Origin: an uncultured Gammaproteobacteria bacterium
Lineage (GTDB): Bacteria; Patescibacteriota; Patescibacteriia; UBA9934
NCBI GenBank assembly: GCA_964491425.1
Contig: CAZBFR010000001.1
Span: forward strand, 1 to 40,698
Length of the DNA stretch: 40,698 nt
Direction: 5' to 3'
Part shown: positions 1 to 9,277 of the stretch, piece after piece
Numbering within the stretch: position 1 is the first letter of the stretch
How the letters are laid out: every line of letters begins with the position of its first letter
The notes under the pieces: model-generated
What the model was told of the DNA's origin: nothing
The model's input: only the letters and a program-made list of their open reading frames with translations
Database searches by the model: none
Translations under genes and position numbers: made by a program

Positions 1-2843
1 CCTTTGACCAAGGCGCGGATATCGATACGGCGGTTGCCGAGCTACGCGATTCGGTTTCGGGCGTTTCGCTACCCGAGGGAGCGAAAGATGCCGAGGTCGA
101 GTTGTTTTCGGTTAACGGCGTTGGAGAGTTCATCGTTGCGTTGACGGGCGATGGGGATACGATGCGACTTTACGAGAAGGGGTTGGATTTTGAAACGACG
201 CTTCGAGGGATCGACGGCGTGAAGAAGGTGACGGCTATGAATCCGCTCACCCCGGAGATTCGAATTACGTTTGACGGGGTCGCTCTTGCAAAAGCGGGGC
301 TAACGCGAAGTGTCGTCGAGGCGCAACTCAAGGGCGCGAATTTTGTCGCCCCGGTCGGTTCGATTATTGAAGACGAGACGCGCGTGAACATCGCGGTTGC
401 AAGTCGCCTTACGACGCTCGAAGAGCTCGAGAATTTTACGGTTGCCCCGGGAATTATCTTAAAAGATATCGCAAAGATCGAGGAAGTTTTGAATAATAAT
501 GATTACTATAATCGCGTTGGTATCGAGGGGAAGGATGGGGATATCGCAATTTCCCGCGCACTTCTTTACGGAGTCGCGATCGAGCCAGACGCCGATATTT
601 TAACGGTTGACGAGGCGCTCGAGACTGCACTTGCGACTGTCCGGGACAATGAACCGAAAAAATCGAAATACGCGTACGAGGTTGTGTATTCGCAAGCCGA
701 TTCGACACGGCAACAGATTTCGGAAATCTCACAAAGTATGTTTGGCGCGCCGATCGACGCCTTCGGTCCTTTTGCATTCCTCGGATATATTTTCGGAGGA
801 CTTCTTCTTGTCGTAATCATGCTCTTTGTTCTTATGAACCTTCGCGTTGCGATTCTCGCGGCGCTCGCGATCCCGCTTTCGCTTTTTGCAACTCTTACGT
901 ATCTCTACTTCGTTGGTATTGATCTAAATACGCTCGTTCTCTTCTCGATGGTACTTGTTATTGGACTCGTAATCGACCCGACGATTGTGTTCATGGAATC
1001 GATGCAACGCTATATCGACGAAGGGATGTCGCCCGAAGACGCGGGGATTAAAACGCTTAAAACCGTTGGGCTCGGTGTCTTCCTCGCCGTTGCGACAAAC
1101 GCAATCGTCTTTATCCCGTTTGGTGTCGTTTCCGGATTTTTCGGGGAAATTATTAAGTATATTCCGGCGACCGTTATTCCGTCGATGATCGCGAGTATCG
1201 TTATTCCAGTCCTATTTTTCATCCCGCTTGGCGCAAAGATTCTTCGCCCTCGAAAGGGCGCGATTGCGACGGACGACAGTCTTTCGACGACGTGGGCGTT
1301 GAGCCGTGGGCTTAAGCGACTCCTCGATGCTCTCCTTACGAAAGGGAAGTTTATGGGCGTGGTACGCGTTGCGACCTTCCTTGGACTTATGGCGCTTCCG
1401 TTTGCTGTTGGTGGTATTTTGATTCAAACGAAGGTAGTTGAGGTTGTGCAATTTGCGGCAACGGACGATTCGGATTTTATGATGGTTATGGGGGATCTTC
1501 CCGACGAATGGATGTTTGATAAGTCCGTTTACGAAGTTGTTGTCCCGGTACAAGATATTATCGCGCAGTACGACGAAGTTCAATCGTTCTTCTACTATGA
1601 ACAACAAGGGAATGATTTTACCCTTCTTGTTACGCTCGATCCGATCAAGGAACGAAAAGATGCGGAGCAAATGACGGCAACGGAGCTTGCGGAAAAAATG
1701 AACAAGGCCTTCGAGTCTGAAAAGTTTGACGCGGATATCTCGGCGATTGTTTCGAGCGAAGGTCCGCCACAGGAACAATTTCCAGTTAAGCTTCGTGTTT
1801 ATCTCGACGACGAAGAGATGCTTGTTGATACGGTTGAGGCGATGCGGGCATATCTTGGGGACGTAGAGGGTATTGATGTTGTAAACGACACGCTTTCGAA
1901 GAAGACAACAGGTGGAACGGTTGTGTACGAGGTTGATTCAGCGAAGGGGGTGCCGGCAGGGCTCGTTTACGGCGCGCTTTCCGAGCGCCTAGGCGATCGC
2001 GAGCTTGGCGAACTTACGCTTGATTCGATAAAGTACGAATTACATTCGGAGTATTCTGGCGAAAAAGTAAACGATTTCTTAGAGCTTGAAGTTCTTCCAG
2101 GTCTTCCTCTTGGTGCGATTGCGACCGAGACGACGCTTGAGTCGAAGACAATCGCGCGTTCAAACGGCAAGCGTTATGCGGAAATTTCTGCCTCGGTTCT
2201 TCCGGACGCGGATTCCGTGTTAATCCAGACGGAGTTTAAGGAGTTCGCGGAAGCGTATGCAAAGAAGAATGACTTGCCCGAAACCGCTCTCGACTTTAAA
2301 GGTGAGACGGATTCAATCGCAGAGTCGTTTAACGATTTGTTCCTTGCGCTCGCGATTGCGATCTTTATCATGTACGCGCTCCTCGTTATCTTCTTCCGTT
2401 CATTCTTCGAGCCGTTCATTATCCTCTTTGCAATCCCACTCGGACTTGTCGGTGTGTTCCTCGCGATTGGTGCCACAACGGGTCAACTTGGATTCCTTGA
2501 GCTCCTCGGAGTTGTGACTATGGCGGGAATCGTTGTAAACGTCACGATCTTAATTCTCGATTTCGCAAACCAGCTCAAGCGAGAAGGAAAAACCGTCGAG
2601 GACGCAATTTCTACGGCAATCGCACTTCGATTCCGTCCGATCGTCCTTACGCAAATGACGGCGTTTGGAAGTCTAATCCCGCTCGTGTTCCTTTCGCCGT
2701 TCTGGCAAGGACTCGCGGCGTCGATTATCTTCGGAATCATTTTCTCCGGACTTCTCTCGCTTATCTCAACGCCGATCTTGTATCTCTGGGCCTACTCGGT
2801 TCCAGAAATGGCAAGAAACCTCGTTCGAAAATTCCGATCATAA
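1..2843 (+). CDS. RND-superfamily efflux transporter (AcrB-like), 5'-truncated by window edge
   Basis: Frame is open from nt 3 (FDQGADIDTAVAELRDSV...), so the TTG at 102 is not the true start. Two hydrophobic multi-helix blocks are separated by large soluble domains, as in RND pumps. Confidence 0.8.
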   Translation, partial: FDQGADIDTAVAELRDSVSGVSLPEGAKDAEVELFSVNGVGEFIVALTGDGDTMRLYEKGLDFETTLRGIDGVKKVTAMNPLTPEIRITFDGVALAKAGLTRSVVEAQLKGANFVAPVGSIIEDETRVNIAVASRLTTLEELENFTVAPGIILKDIAKIEEVLNNNDYYNRVGIEGKDGDIAISRALLYGVAIEPDADILTVDEALETALATVRDNEPKKSKYAYEVVYSQADSTRQQISEISQSMFGAPIDAFGPFAFLGYIFGGLLLVVIMLFVLMNLRVAILAALAIPLSLFATLTYLYFVGIDLNTLVLFSMVLVIGLVIDPTIVFMESMQRYIDEGMSPEDAGIKTLKTVGLGVFLAVATNAIVFIPFGVVSGFFGEIIKYIPATVIPSMIASIVIPVLFFIPLGAKILRPRKGAIATDDSLSTTWALSRGLKRLLDALLTKGKFMGVVRVATFLGLMALPFAVGGILIQTKVVEVVQFAATDDSDFMMVMGDLPDEWMFDKSVYEVVVPVQDIIAQYDEVQSFFYYEQQGNDFTLLVTLDPIKERKDAEQMTATELAEKMNKAFESEKFDADISAIVSSEGPPQEQFPVKLRVYLDDEEMLVDTVEAMRAYLGDVEGIDVVNDTLSKKTTGGTVVYEVDSAKGVPAGLVYGALSERLGDRELGELTLDSIKYELHSEYSGEKVNDFLELEVLPGLPLGAIATETTLESKTIARSNGKRYAEISASVLPDADSVLIQTEFKEFAEAYAKKNDLPETALDFKGETDSIAESFNDLFLALAIAIFIMYALLVIFFRSFFEPFIILFAIPLGLVGVFLAIGATTGQLGFLELLGVVTMAGIVVNVTILILDFANQLKREGKTVEDAISTAIALRFRPIVLTQMTAFGSLIPLVFLSPFWQGLAASIIFGIIFSGLLSLISTPILYLWAYSVPEMARNLVRKFRS

Positions 2844-2851
2844 ATCAAAAC

Positions 2852-2872
2852 GCGCCCTTCCGGGGCGCTTTT
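2852..2872. terminator. Hairpin terminator between convergent RND and rluA-family genes
   Basis: GCGCCC-ttccg-GGGCGC followed by TTTT and preceded by AAAA, so it could act in both directions. Confidence 0.6.
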
Positions 2873-2875
2873 GAA

Positions 2876-3529
2876 TTACGGTTGAAGAAATGGCCAATTC
2901 GGTTTTGCTTCGAGGGTGATTCGCTTGTCGTCGACAGCGGTGGTAAAGGATAGTTTGTGGGCGAAAAGGGCGATTTCACGGCCGATGTTTTTTTGTGCGC
3001 CGTACTTTCGGTCGCCGACAATTGGCGTCATGAGGGATTTCATTGCGACGCGGATTTGGTGTGAACGGCCGGTGATTGGGTGCACCTCGACAAGTGAAAT
3101 GCCGTCGTGTGTTTCGAGCGTTTTATAGGTGAGCTCGGCGTATTTTGAGCCAGGAATCTCTGTGTTGTGGTAGGTCGCGAGGTTCGTTCGTTTGTTTTTT
3201 GATAGCCAATGTTTTACGGCGCCAGCTTTCGGTTCGGGCGTACCTTCGACGGCGGCGAGGTAGGTTTTTTCTACTGTGCGCAAGCGGAATTGCTCGGAGA
3301 GACGCGTCGCGCCCTTTGAGGTTTTTGCGAAAAGGACGATGCCACCGACGGGCCGGTCGAGACGATGCACAAGTCCAAGAAAGACGTCGCCCGGTTTGTT
3401 ATGACGGGTTTTTAGATCGGCTTTAACCATGTCCATTAGTGACAGATCGCCGGTCTTGTCGCCCTGGACGGGAATGCCGGCCGGTTTGACGACGGCGATC
3501 GAATGGTTGTCCTCGAATAAAATGATCAT
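2876..3529 (-). CDS. RluA-family pseudouridine synthase
   Basis: HRLDRPVGGIVLFAKT catalytic-Asp motif and KTYLAAV block. ATGA overlap with the upstream methyltransferase gene. Confidence 0.85.
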   Translation of the reverse strand: MIILFEDNHSIAVVKPAGIPVQGDKTGDLSLMDMVKADLKTRHNKPGDVFLGLVHRLDRPVGGIVLFAKTSKGATRLSEQFRLRTVEKTYLAAVEGTPEPKAGAVKHWLSKNKRTNLATYHNTEIPGSKYAELTYKTLETHDGISLVEVHPITGRSHQIRVAMKSLMTPIVGDRKYGAQKNIGREIALFAHKLSFTTAVDDKRITLEAKPNWPFLQP

Positions 3530-4353
3530 AGAACAAGCCGAATCGTAATTCCTCCCGGAACAACGAATCCTCGTTTGGTTTCTTCTTTGAGCTGGAGCTC
3601 AACGCTTTCAATGCTCGTCACTTCGCCAAACACGTCGCGCGCGGTTTGCTCGATCACGGTTTGCGAGAATCCCATAGAGTAGGCGTTGATTAAAATGTGC
3701 GATCCTTTTTTCGTTACGGCTTTTACGGCGACAAGAAGATTACGGAAATCATCCTCAAACTGCCACACTTCTTTATTTGGTCCGCGACCAAATGCTGGAG
3801 GGTCCATGACGACAATGTCGTAGCTATTTCCACGGCGCCCTTCACGCTCAATAAATTTCATGGCGTCGTCCTCGATCCATCGCACAGGCATGTCGATTAG
3901 CCCCGAAAGCTCCGCGTTTTTCTTTGCGCCGAGAATTGCCGGCTTACTCGCGTCGACGTGGACTACCGCCGCTCCTGCTGAAAGTCCGGCCAAGGTCGCT
4001 CCTCCTGTGTATCCGAATAGGTTAAGCATATTCATCCCCGGCTTTGCGATTTTCGCGATATACTTCCAGTTCTCGCTTTGCTCCGGGAAGACGCCGACAT
4101 GCTTAAACGAATAGAGTTTTAATGCAAAGGTTAAATCATCATGGTTAATGATCCAATTTTCAGGGATTGCTTCGTACTGTTTCCAGTCGCCATCTTCGCC
4201 CATTTGCTCGTAAAAGGCGTCGGATTTATCCCAAAGCTCGGGAGCCGATTTAGCCCACAGGGCTTGCGGTTCAGGGCGTGCGATAAGGGTTTCTCCGAAG
4301 CGTTCAAGCTTCATTTGGTCGCCGGAGTCGATAAGGTGATAGTTCTTCCACAT
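3526..4353 (-). CDS. Class I SAM-dependent methyltransferase (RlmI/RlmK-like)
   Basis: FGYTGGATLAG (motif I), VVHVDAS and VVMDPPAFG motifs. Start set at MWKNYHL (4353); the longer ORF to 4479 would run through the divergent helicase promoter. Confidence 0.7.
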   Translation of the reverse strand: MWKNYHLIDSGDQMKLERFGETLIARPEPQALWAKSAPELWDKSDAFYEQMGEDGDWKQYEAIPENWIINHDDLTFALKLYSFKHVGVFPEQSENWKYIAKIAKPGMNMLNLFGYTGGATLAGLSAGAAVVHVDASKPAILGAKKNAELSGLIDMPVRWIEDDAMKFIEREGRRGNSYDIVVMDPPAFGRGPNKEVWQFEDDFRNLLVAVKAVTKKGSHILINAYSMGFSQTVIEQTARDVFGEVTSIESVELQLKEETKRGFVVPGGITIRLVL

Positions 4354-4375
4354 AGTAGAAGAAGCATAGCCGAGA

Positions 4376-4404
4376 TTGACAAAAAAGCCAAAAAATGGTA
4401 CTAT
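4376..4404 (+). promoter_or_regulatory. Sigma70-type promoter for the helicase gene
   Basis: TTGACA (4376-81), 17-nt spacer, TACTAT (4399-4404), with TG at 4396-97 as an extended -10. Confidence 0.5.
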
Positions 4405-4470
4405 TTTTGCATTGACTCGACCTTGGTTGCATAAGCGACATGAGAGAAGGATCGTGTCGCTAAAAAAATT

Positions 4471-5793
4471 ATGCATCAAATTGATGAAAAAAAGCCAAGC
4501 TTTTCTACGCTTGGATTGTCCCCGAAATTGCTCGAGAAACTTACAAAGCTCGGTTTTAATACCCCTACGCCGATTCAGGCGAAGGCAATTCCTGTCGCTC
4601 TAGAAGGGAAGGATATTATTGGTATTGCGCAGACCGGAACGGGAAAAACGTTCGCGTTTTCGCTTCCGATGATGCAAAAGATTGCGCGTGAAAAAACGCT
4701 CGGTCTTGTGCTTCTTCCTACTCGTGAACTTGCTTTGCAGGTTGAAGAGGAGATTATTAAAGTTGGTGGAAGCCTTGGTGTAAAGACAGCGGTCTTGATC
4801 GGAGGAGCGAGTATGTACCTCCAAACGCAGAAGTTGCGTGCGCGACCACATATTATTATCGCGACGCCGGGACGTTTGATCGACCACCTCGAGCAGAAAA
4901 ATGTTTCACTTGCGGGACTCGGAGTTCTTGTTCTTGACGAAGCAGACCGAATGCTTGATATGGGATTTGCCCCGCAAATTAACCGTATTCTTGAAAATGC
5001 TCCAACAGAGCGACAAACGCTTTTGTTCTCGGCGACAATGCCACCGGAAATTTTGACGATGACAAAGAAGTACATGAAAACACCTGAGCGTATCGAAATT
5101 GAACGCGCGGGAACCGCTGGAGCTTCGATTACACAATCGGGATACGCCGTTGAAAAGCAAGACAAGGCGAAGCTTCTTCACCATGTTTTGAAAACAACCG
5201 AAGGAACGACGCTTGTGTTCACCCGAACAAAGCACGGTGCGCGAAAGTTGAGCGATGTGCTTAACCAAATCGGTCACCGCAGTGCGGAAATCCACTCGAA
5301 CCGTTCGCTTGCGCAACGCAAGGAGGCGCTCGCTGGGTTCAAGTCGGGAAAGTATCGAACGCTTATCGCAACCGATATTGCTTCGCGCGGAATCGACGTA
5401 AACAATATCCGTCTTGTCGTTAACTTCGACTTGCCGGAACATGCTGACGATTATATTCACCGTATTGGACGAACCGGACGTGCTGGAAAGGACGGTCACG
5501 CGATTTCGTTCGTCTCTCGAGACGAGCGACGTGGACTTCGAAATATCGAGCGCTTGATGCGACGACAACTTGATATTAAGCCAACACCAAAGCTCGAAGA
5601 TCTTCCGTCCTACCGAAAGCCGGAGCACCAAGAGCATGGGTTTCAAACGGGTGGTCACCGAGGGCAACCTCGAGGACGCGAGTCGCGTAGCGGTCGGCCG
5701 GAAGGCTACCGCGCGGATCGCGGACCACGCGGATTTGGAACGCGCGCGCGACGCCCTGCGTCCCGCTCTCGCTCCGCTCACCGTTCAGCTTAA
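4471..5793 (+). CDS. DEAD-box ATP-dependent RNA helicase with RG-rich C-terminal tail
   Basis: Q motif FNTPTPIQ, AQTGTGKT, DEAD, SAT and HRIGRTGRAG. The tail is GGHRGQPRGRESRSGRPEGYRADRGPRG. Confidence 0.9.
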   Translation: MHQIDEKKPSFSTLGLSPKLLEKLTKLGFNTPTPIQAKAIPVALEGKDIIGIAQTGTGKTFAFSLPMMQKIAREKTLGLVLLPTRELALQVEEEIIKVGGSLGVKTAVLIGGASMYLQTQKLRARPHIIIATPGRLIDHLEQKNVSLAGLGVLVLDEADRMLDMGFAPQINRILENAPTERQTLLFSATMPPEILTMTKKYMKTPERIEIERAGTAGASITQSGYAVEKQDKAKLLHHVLKTTEGTTLVFTRTKHGARKLSDVLNQIGHRSAEIHSNRSLAQRKEALAGFKSGKYRTLIATDIASRGIDVNNIRLVVNFDLPEHADDYIHRIGRTGRAGKDGHAISFVSRDERRGLRNIERLMRRQLDIKPTPKLEDLPSYRKPEHQEHGFQTGGHRGQPRGRESRSGRPEGYRADRGPRGFGTRARRPASRSRSAHRSA

Positions 5794-5800
5794 GAAACAA

Positions 5801-5830
5801 GAGGCGCCTTACGGCGTCTTTTGTGTTTTT
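5801..5830 (+). terminator. Intrinsic terminator after the helicase gene
   Basis: AGGCGCC-ttac-GGCGTCT hairpin followed by TTTGTGTTTTT. Confidence 0.55.
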
Positions 5831-5975
5831 GGCGGGGTGTGGGTCTCCCGGGTGAAAGTGGGGGTGCGGTCACAGATGTTTTAAAAACGTGCAAATTTCC
5901 CAACAAAAACGGGGCATTTTTTTAAGATCTGTGACCGCATGGTCGGTTTGAGTGGGAGGGGTATGCCTGGGTAAA

Positions 5976-6881
5976 TTATTTCTTAATAATTTTTGTAATG
6001 AAGAATCCCTCGCTTTGTTCGGACGGAAGAACAGTGATCGTTTGATTTGAGGTTTTGCGGGCGTTGGCTATTGGGAGGTCGATTGGTGCGGGCTTGAGCT
6101 CGGGGAACTCCGCGAGAAGCCAGGTAACCATTTCTTCATTTTCTTCAGGGGCGAGGGTACAGGTCGAATAGACGAGAATTCCGCCAGGTTTAAGAACTTG
6201 GACAGCGCCGCGTAGAAGACGTCGTTGCAACTTAGCATGGGTTGCAATGTTTTTTTCGTTCCAGAATTTGTAGGAGCGGGGGTCGTTGAGGTTAATTCGG
6301 CCTTCGGCGGAGCAGGGGACATCGGCGAGAATTTTATCAAAGCGAAGATCGGTGTGTTTCGTCCAAAGAGTTGCGTCGGTGTGAATCGCGGTGACGCTTG
6401 TCGCGCCCTGTATCGCGAGACTATTCTCGAGTCGCTCGAAACGAATTGCGTTTTCCTCGAGCGCTGTAATCTTTGCCTGATTTGAAGAAAGACTTGCCAT
6501 TTGCGTCGTCTTACTTCCCGGTGCTGCGCATAGATCGAGAATCGCCTCGCCTGGCTTTGGATCAAGAACAAGGGGAGGGATCATTGACGACAGGCCCTGG
6601 AGATAAATAGCCCCCGACTTCGCAAGCGGATGTGCGAGAAGTTCTTGACTCGTCCGATTTTTAATACGAAACGCATGTGGAATATCTTTTACTCGTTCAA
6701 ACTGAATTGCGCTCTCGCGCAGAGCGTCCATTACTTTATTATCCGTCGACACAAGCGTATTCGTCCGAAAACTCGGAAGTCGTTCCTCGTCGAAAGCACG
6801 AAGTATTTGCGTAAACGCCGAAAGTCCAAACTGTTTCTTTAGACGCTCGGCGAGAAGATCGGGAATTGAGGGGCGTGCCAC
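5976..6881 (-). CDS. rRNA cytosine-C5 methyltransferase (RsmB/RsmF, NOL1/NOP2/Sun family)
   Basis: DLCAAPGSKT SAM motif, DKILADVPCSAEG and LVYSTCTLAPEENE catalytic-Cys motifs. Confidence 0.85.
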   Translation of the reverse strand: MARPSIPDLLAERLKKQFGLSAFTQILRAFDEERLPSFRTNTLVSTDNKVMDALRESAIQFERVKDIPHAFRIKNRTSQELLAHPLAKSGAIYLQGLSSMIPPLVLDPKPGEAILDLCAAPGSKTTQMASLSSNQAKITALEENAIRFERLENSLAIQGATSVTAIHTDATLWTKHTDLRFDKILADVPCSAEGRINLNDPRSYKFWNEKNIATHAKLQRRLLRGAVQVLKPGGILVYSTCTLAPEENEEMVTWLLAEFPELKPAPIDLPIANARKTSNQTITVLPSEQSEGFFITKIIKK

Positions 6882-6920
6882 ATTGAATATTTATCGCCGT
6901 TAGTATATCATGGCGCGACT

Positions 6921-7850
6921 ATGATCACGGTTAAAAATATCAAGAAAAGCTTTAAAAAATTCGAGGCGCTAAAGGGGATTGATCTCCATGTTGAGAAGGG
7001 AAAAGTTATGGCGCTTCTAGGCCCGAACGGCGCCGGAAAAACGACCCTCGTTCGGATTATGTCGACGCTTCTTAGGCCGGATTCTGGCGAGATTACGATT
7101 AACGGAATCGACGCGCTTAAAAATGACAAAGATCTCCGAAAAGTGATCGGCCTTACGGGGCAATTTTCCGCCGTTGACGAGGGGCTTACGGGGTACGAGA
7201 ACCTCGTCATGTTCGGACGCCTGTATCATCTTTCGAAGGCCGACGCACACAAGCGCGCGGTTGAACTTCTCGAAGATTTTTCGCTCACCGAAGCGGCGCA
7301 CCGTTTTGCGAAGACCTACTCGGGCGGAATGCGTCGTCGACTTGACCTTGCGTCGAGTCTTATCGTTCACCCGCCGGTGATTTTTCTTGACGAACCAACG
7401 ACGGGACTTGACCCGGCGGCGCGACAAGAGCTTTGGCAAGTGATTAAGAAGCTCGTCGCGGACGGAGCGACGGTTCTTCTCACGACGCAGTATCTCGAAG
7501 AAGCGGACTATCTCGCTGACACAATTACGGTTATTAACCATGGCGAAATTATCGCGCAAGGGACCGCGGACGAACTTAAGCGCCAGATAGGCGGAAGTGT
7601 TCTTGAGGTAACGATTAAGCAAGCGGAAAAAGTTGCGGACGCGAAGGCGATTCTTGAGGCGACGATCGGAGGTGCTGCGCGCGTCGAGGAAGAGCACCGT
7701 CATTTGCAAATCGATATTGAAGGCGATGCGGACCTTTTAATTGGGGTCATCAAAGCCTTTGATGAAAAGAGCATTTCGATCTCTGATATTCAGCTTAGAC
7801 GACCAACGCTCGACGACGTGTTTATCAAGCTTACGAGTAAAAAAGCGTAA
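6921..7850 (+). CDS. ABC transporter ATP-binding protein (DrrA/ABC-2 type)
   Basis: Walker A GPNGAGKTT, signature YSGGMRRRL, Walker B IFLDEPTTGLD. Confidence 0.9.
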   Translation: MITVKNIKKSFKKFEALKGIDLHVEKGKVMALLGPNGAGKTTLVRIMSTLLRPDSGEITINGIDALKNDKDLRKVIGLTGQFSAVDEGLTGYENLVMFGRLYHLSKADAHKRAVELLEDFSLTEAAHRFAKTYSGGMRRRLDLASSLIVHPPVIFLDEPTTGLDPAARQELWQVIKKLVADGATVLLTTQYLEEADYLADTITVINHGEIIAQGTADELKRQIGGSVLEVTIKQAEKVADAKAILEATIGGAARVEEEHRHLQIDIEGDADLLIGVIKAFDEKSISISDIQLRRPTLDDVFIKLTSKKA

Positions 7851-7851
7851 T

Positions 7852-8619
7852 ATGAACCTTCTACAAACTCTTTCGGACACCGTCGTAATGACGAAGCGAA
7901 ATCTTACGCACTATCGACGCGTTCCACTTCTTATCTTTTTCTCGACCGTACAACCGACAATGTTTCTTCTCCTCTTTACGTTTGTCTTTGGAGGAGCGAT
8001 TCAAACCGGGGCGAGTTCCTATATTGCGTTTCTTCTTCCAGCGATTCTCGTGCAAACCGTGATTTTCGGGTCGATGAATACGGCGATTGGACTGTCCGAG
8101 GATATGAAAATTGGACTAATCGACCGATTCCGTTCGCTTCCGATGTCGCGCTTTGCGGTTCTTGCTGGGCGAACGCTTGCGGACTCGGTACGAAATATCT
8201 TCACGATGTCGATTATGATCGGGGTCGGGTATATAATCGGATTCCGCCTAGAAGTCGGATTTCAGTATCTCGCGATTGCACTCGCGTCGTCGATTTTCTT
8301 CGGGTTCGCGCTTATGTGGCTTATGTGTTCGCTTGGGCTCTCTACGAAGGACGGGCAAACGGCGCAAATGGCGGCAATGGTATTTTCATTTCCCCTGACC
8401 TTTGCGTCAAGCGCCTATGTTCCAACGGAAACAATGCCGACGGCTCTTAAACTCTTCGCGAATAATAGCCCGGTTACGCATGCGACCGACGCTGCCCGCG
8501 AGCTTATTCTTGCCGGAACAATGGACGGAAGTTTTACGGCAATGATGATTTGGACAACGGCGATTTTCCTTATCTTCGCGCCACTTGCGGTGCTCCAGTT
8601 TAAACGGATGAATCGCTAA
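7852..8619 (+). CDS. ABC-2 type transporter permease
   Basis: Six predicted TM helices. Start MNLLQTL sits 1 nt after the ATPase stop (TAA-T-ATG). The longer ORF from 7741 overlaps the ATPase gene. Confidence 0.8.
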   Translation: MNLLQTLSDTVVMTKRNLTHYRRVPLLIFFSTVQPTMFLLLFTFVFGGAIQTGASSYIAFLLPAILVQTVIFGSMNTAIGLSEDMKIGLIDRFRSLPMSRFAVLAGRTLADSVRNIFTMSIMIGVGYIIGFRLEVGFQYLAIALASSIFFGFALMWLMCSLGLSTKDGQTAQMAAMVFSFPLTFASSAYVPTETMPTALKLFANNSPVTHATDAARELILAGTMDGSFTAMMIWTTAIFLIFAPLAVLQFKRMNR

Positions 8620-8627
8620 AAGAAAAG

Positions 8628-8651
8628 CCCGGGGTGTGAACCTCGGGTTTT
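8628..8651. terminator. Hairpin terminator between convergent genes
   Basis: CCCGGGG-tgtgaa-CCTCGGG (one G-U pair), flanked by AAAAGAAAA and TTTT. Confidence 0.6.
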
Positions 8652-8660
8652 CGTTATGAA

Positions 8661-9146
8661 TTAGTTTGATATGCCACGATGACCTCTCGGTCTGTGAGCT
8701 CCTTCGCCGATGAACGATCCGAGTGGGATTCCTTGTTCCTCGGCCCATGCTTTGGATTCCTCCATGTGTGTTTTCATTGCCTCTTTTCGTTCCGTCTCGT
8801 CCATGCCTTTAAGGCTTTGTCGAAACGCTTCATGCTCTTCGTGTTTGAGCTTGATTGCCTCCGCTTGTTCAGCGGTAAGCTTTCCATCTTCGACCGCGAT
8901 CGCGAGACGCTCTTCGGCCTCGTCCTTCATACTTTCCGCCATGAGGGCGCGGTGCTCCTCAAATACGGCCTTTACTTCCGCCTCGTTAAGATTGAACCGC
9001 TGTGCGATCGCTGTAATAAGGTCGTTCGGGCCCCCACCCTTTGTTTCGTGCATCGCGAACGTTGTCGAAACACCGACCGTACTTGCACTGACGCCGGCGA
9101 TAATCGCGGCGGCAGCCAAGATTTTCGGGGAATACTTCATACTCAC
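8661..9146 (-). CDS. Small exported helical protein with an LTxxQ motif (CpxP/Spy-like)
   Basis: N-terminal signal/anchor KILAAAAIIAGVSASTVGVSTTFA, then a charged helical body containing KLTAEQAEAIKLKHEE. Lies downstream of the two-component pair on the same strand. Confidence 0.6.
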   Translation of the reverse strand: MSMKYSPKILAAAAIIAGVSASTVGVSTTFAMHETKGGGPNDLITAIAQRFNLNEAEVKAVFEEHRALMAESMKDEAEERLAIAVEDGKLTAEQAEAIKLKHEEHEAFRQSLKGMDETERKEAMKTHMEESKAWAEEQGIPLGSFIGEGAHRPRGHRGISN

Positions 9147-9258
9147 AAGAGTTAAGAATTAGGGCAATGCACGGGAGTCGTCGGGATATTTTCAGAGTGC
9201 GCGCTCCAAGAAGTCCCGAATCCGTCCTCGTCTTGCATTTAGAATGTACCTTAGGGGC

Positions 9259-9277
9259 TATGAAGGAATTATGAAGG
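9259..9277 (-). promoter_or_regulatory. Candidate response-regulator box (two CTTCAT repeats, 11-bp phase)
   Basis: Minus strand reads CCTTCATAATT-CCTTCATA. It lies 113-131 nt upstream of the LTxxQ gene start and shares its core with the site at 10944-10965. Confidence 0.35.

Noticed and set aside
3526-4479. N-terminal extensions in the ORF track: methyltransferase to 4479, permease from 7741, copA from 11727, cupredoxin-like from 14679, nitrilase-family to 22279, atpE from 33611, atpC from 38686
   Set aside because: The extensions overlap upstream genes, promoters or hairpins and are not part of the conserved domains. Internal starts at stop-T-ATG or ATGA junctions fit the operon pattern better.
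4575-5800. Antisense ORFs across the helicase gene, and an apparent GC-rich patch at its 3' end that might have been a fourth islet
   Set aside because: The helicase motifs are unambiguous on the plus strand. The GC-rich 3' patch simply encodes the Arg/Gly-rich C-terminal tail common in DEAD-box proteins.
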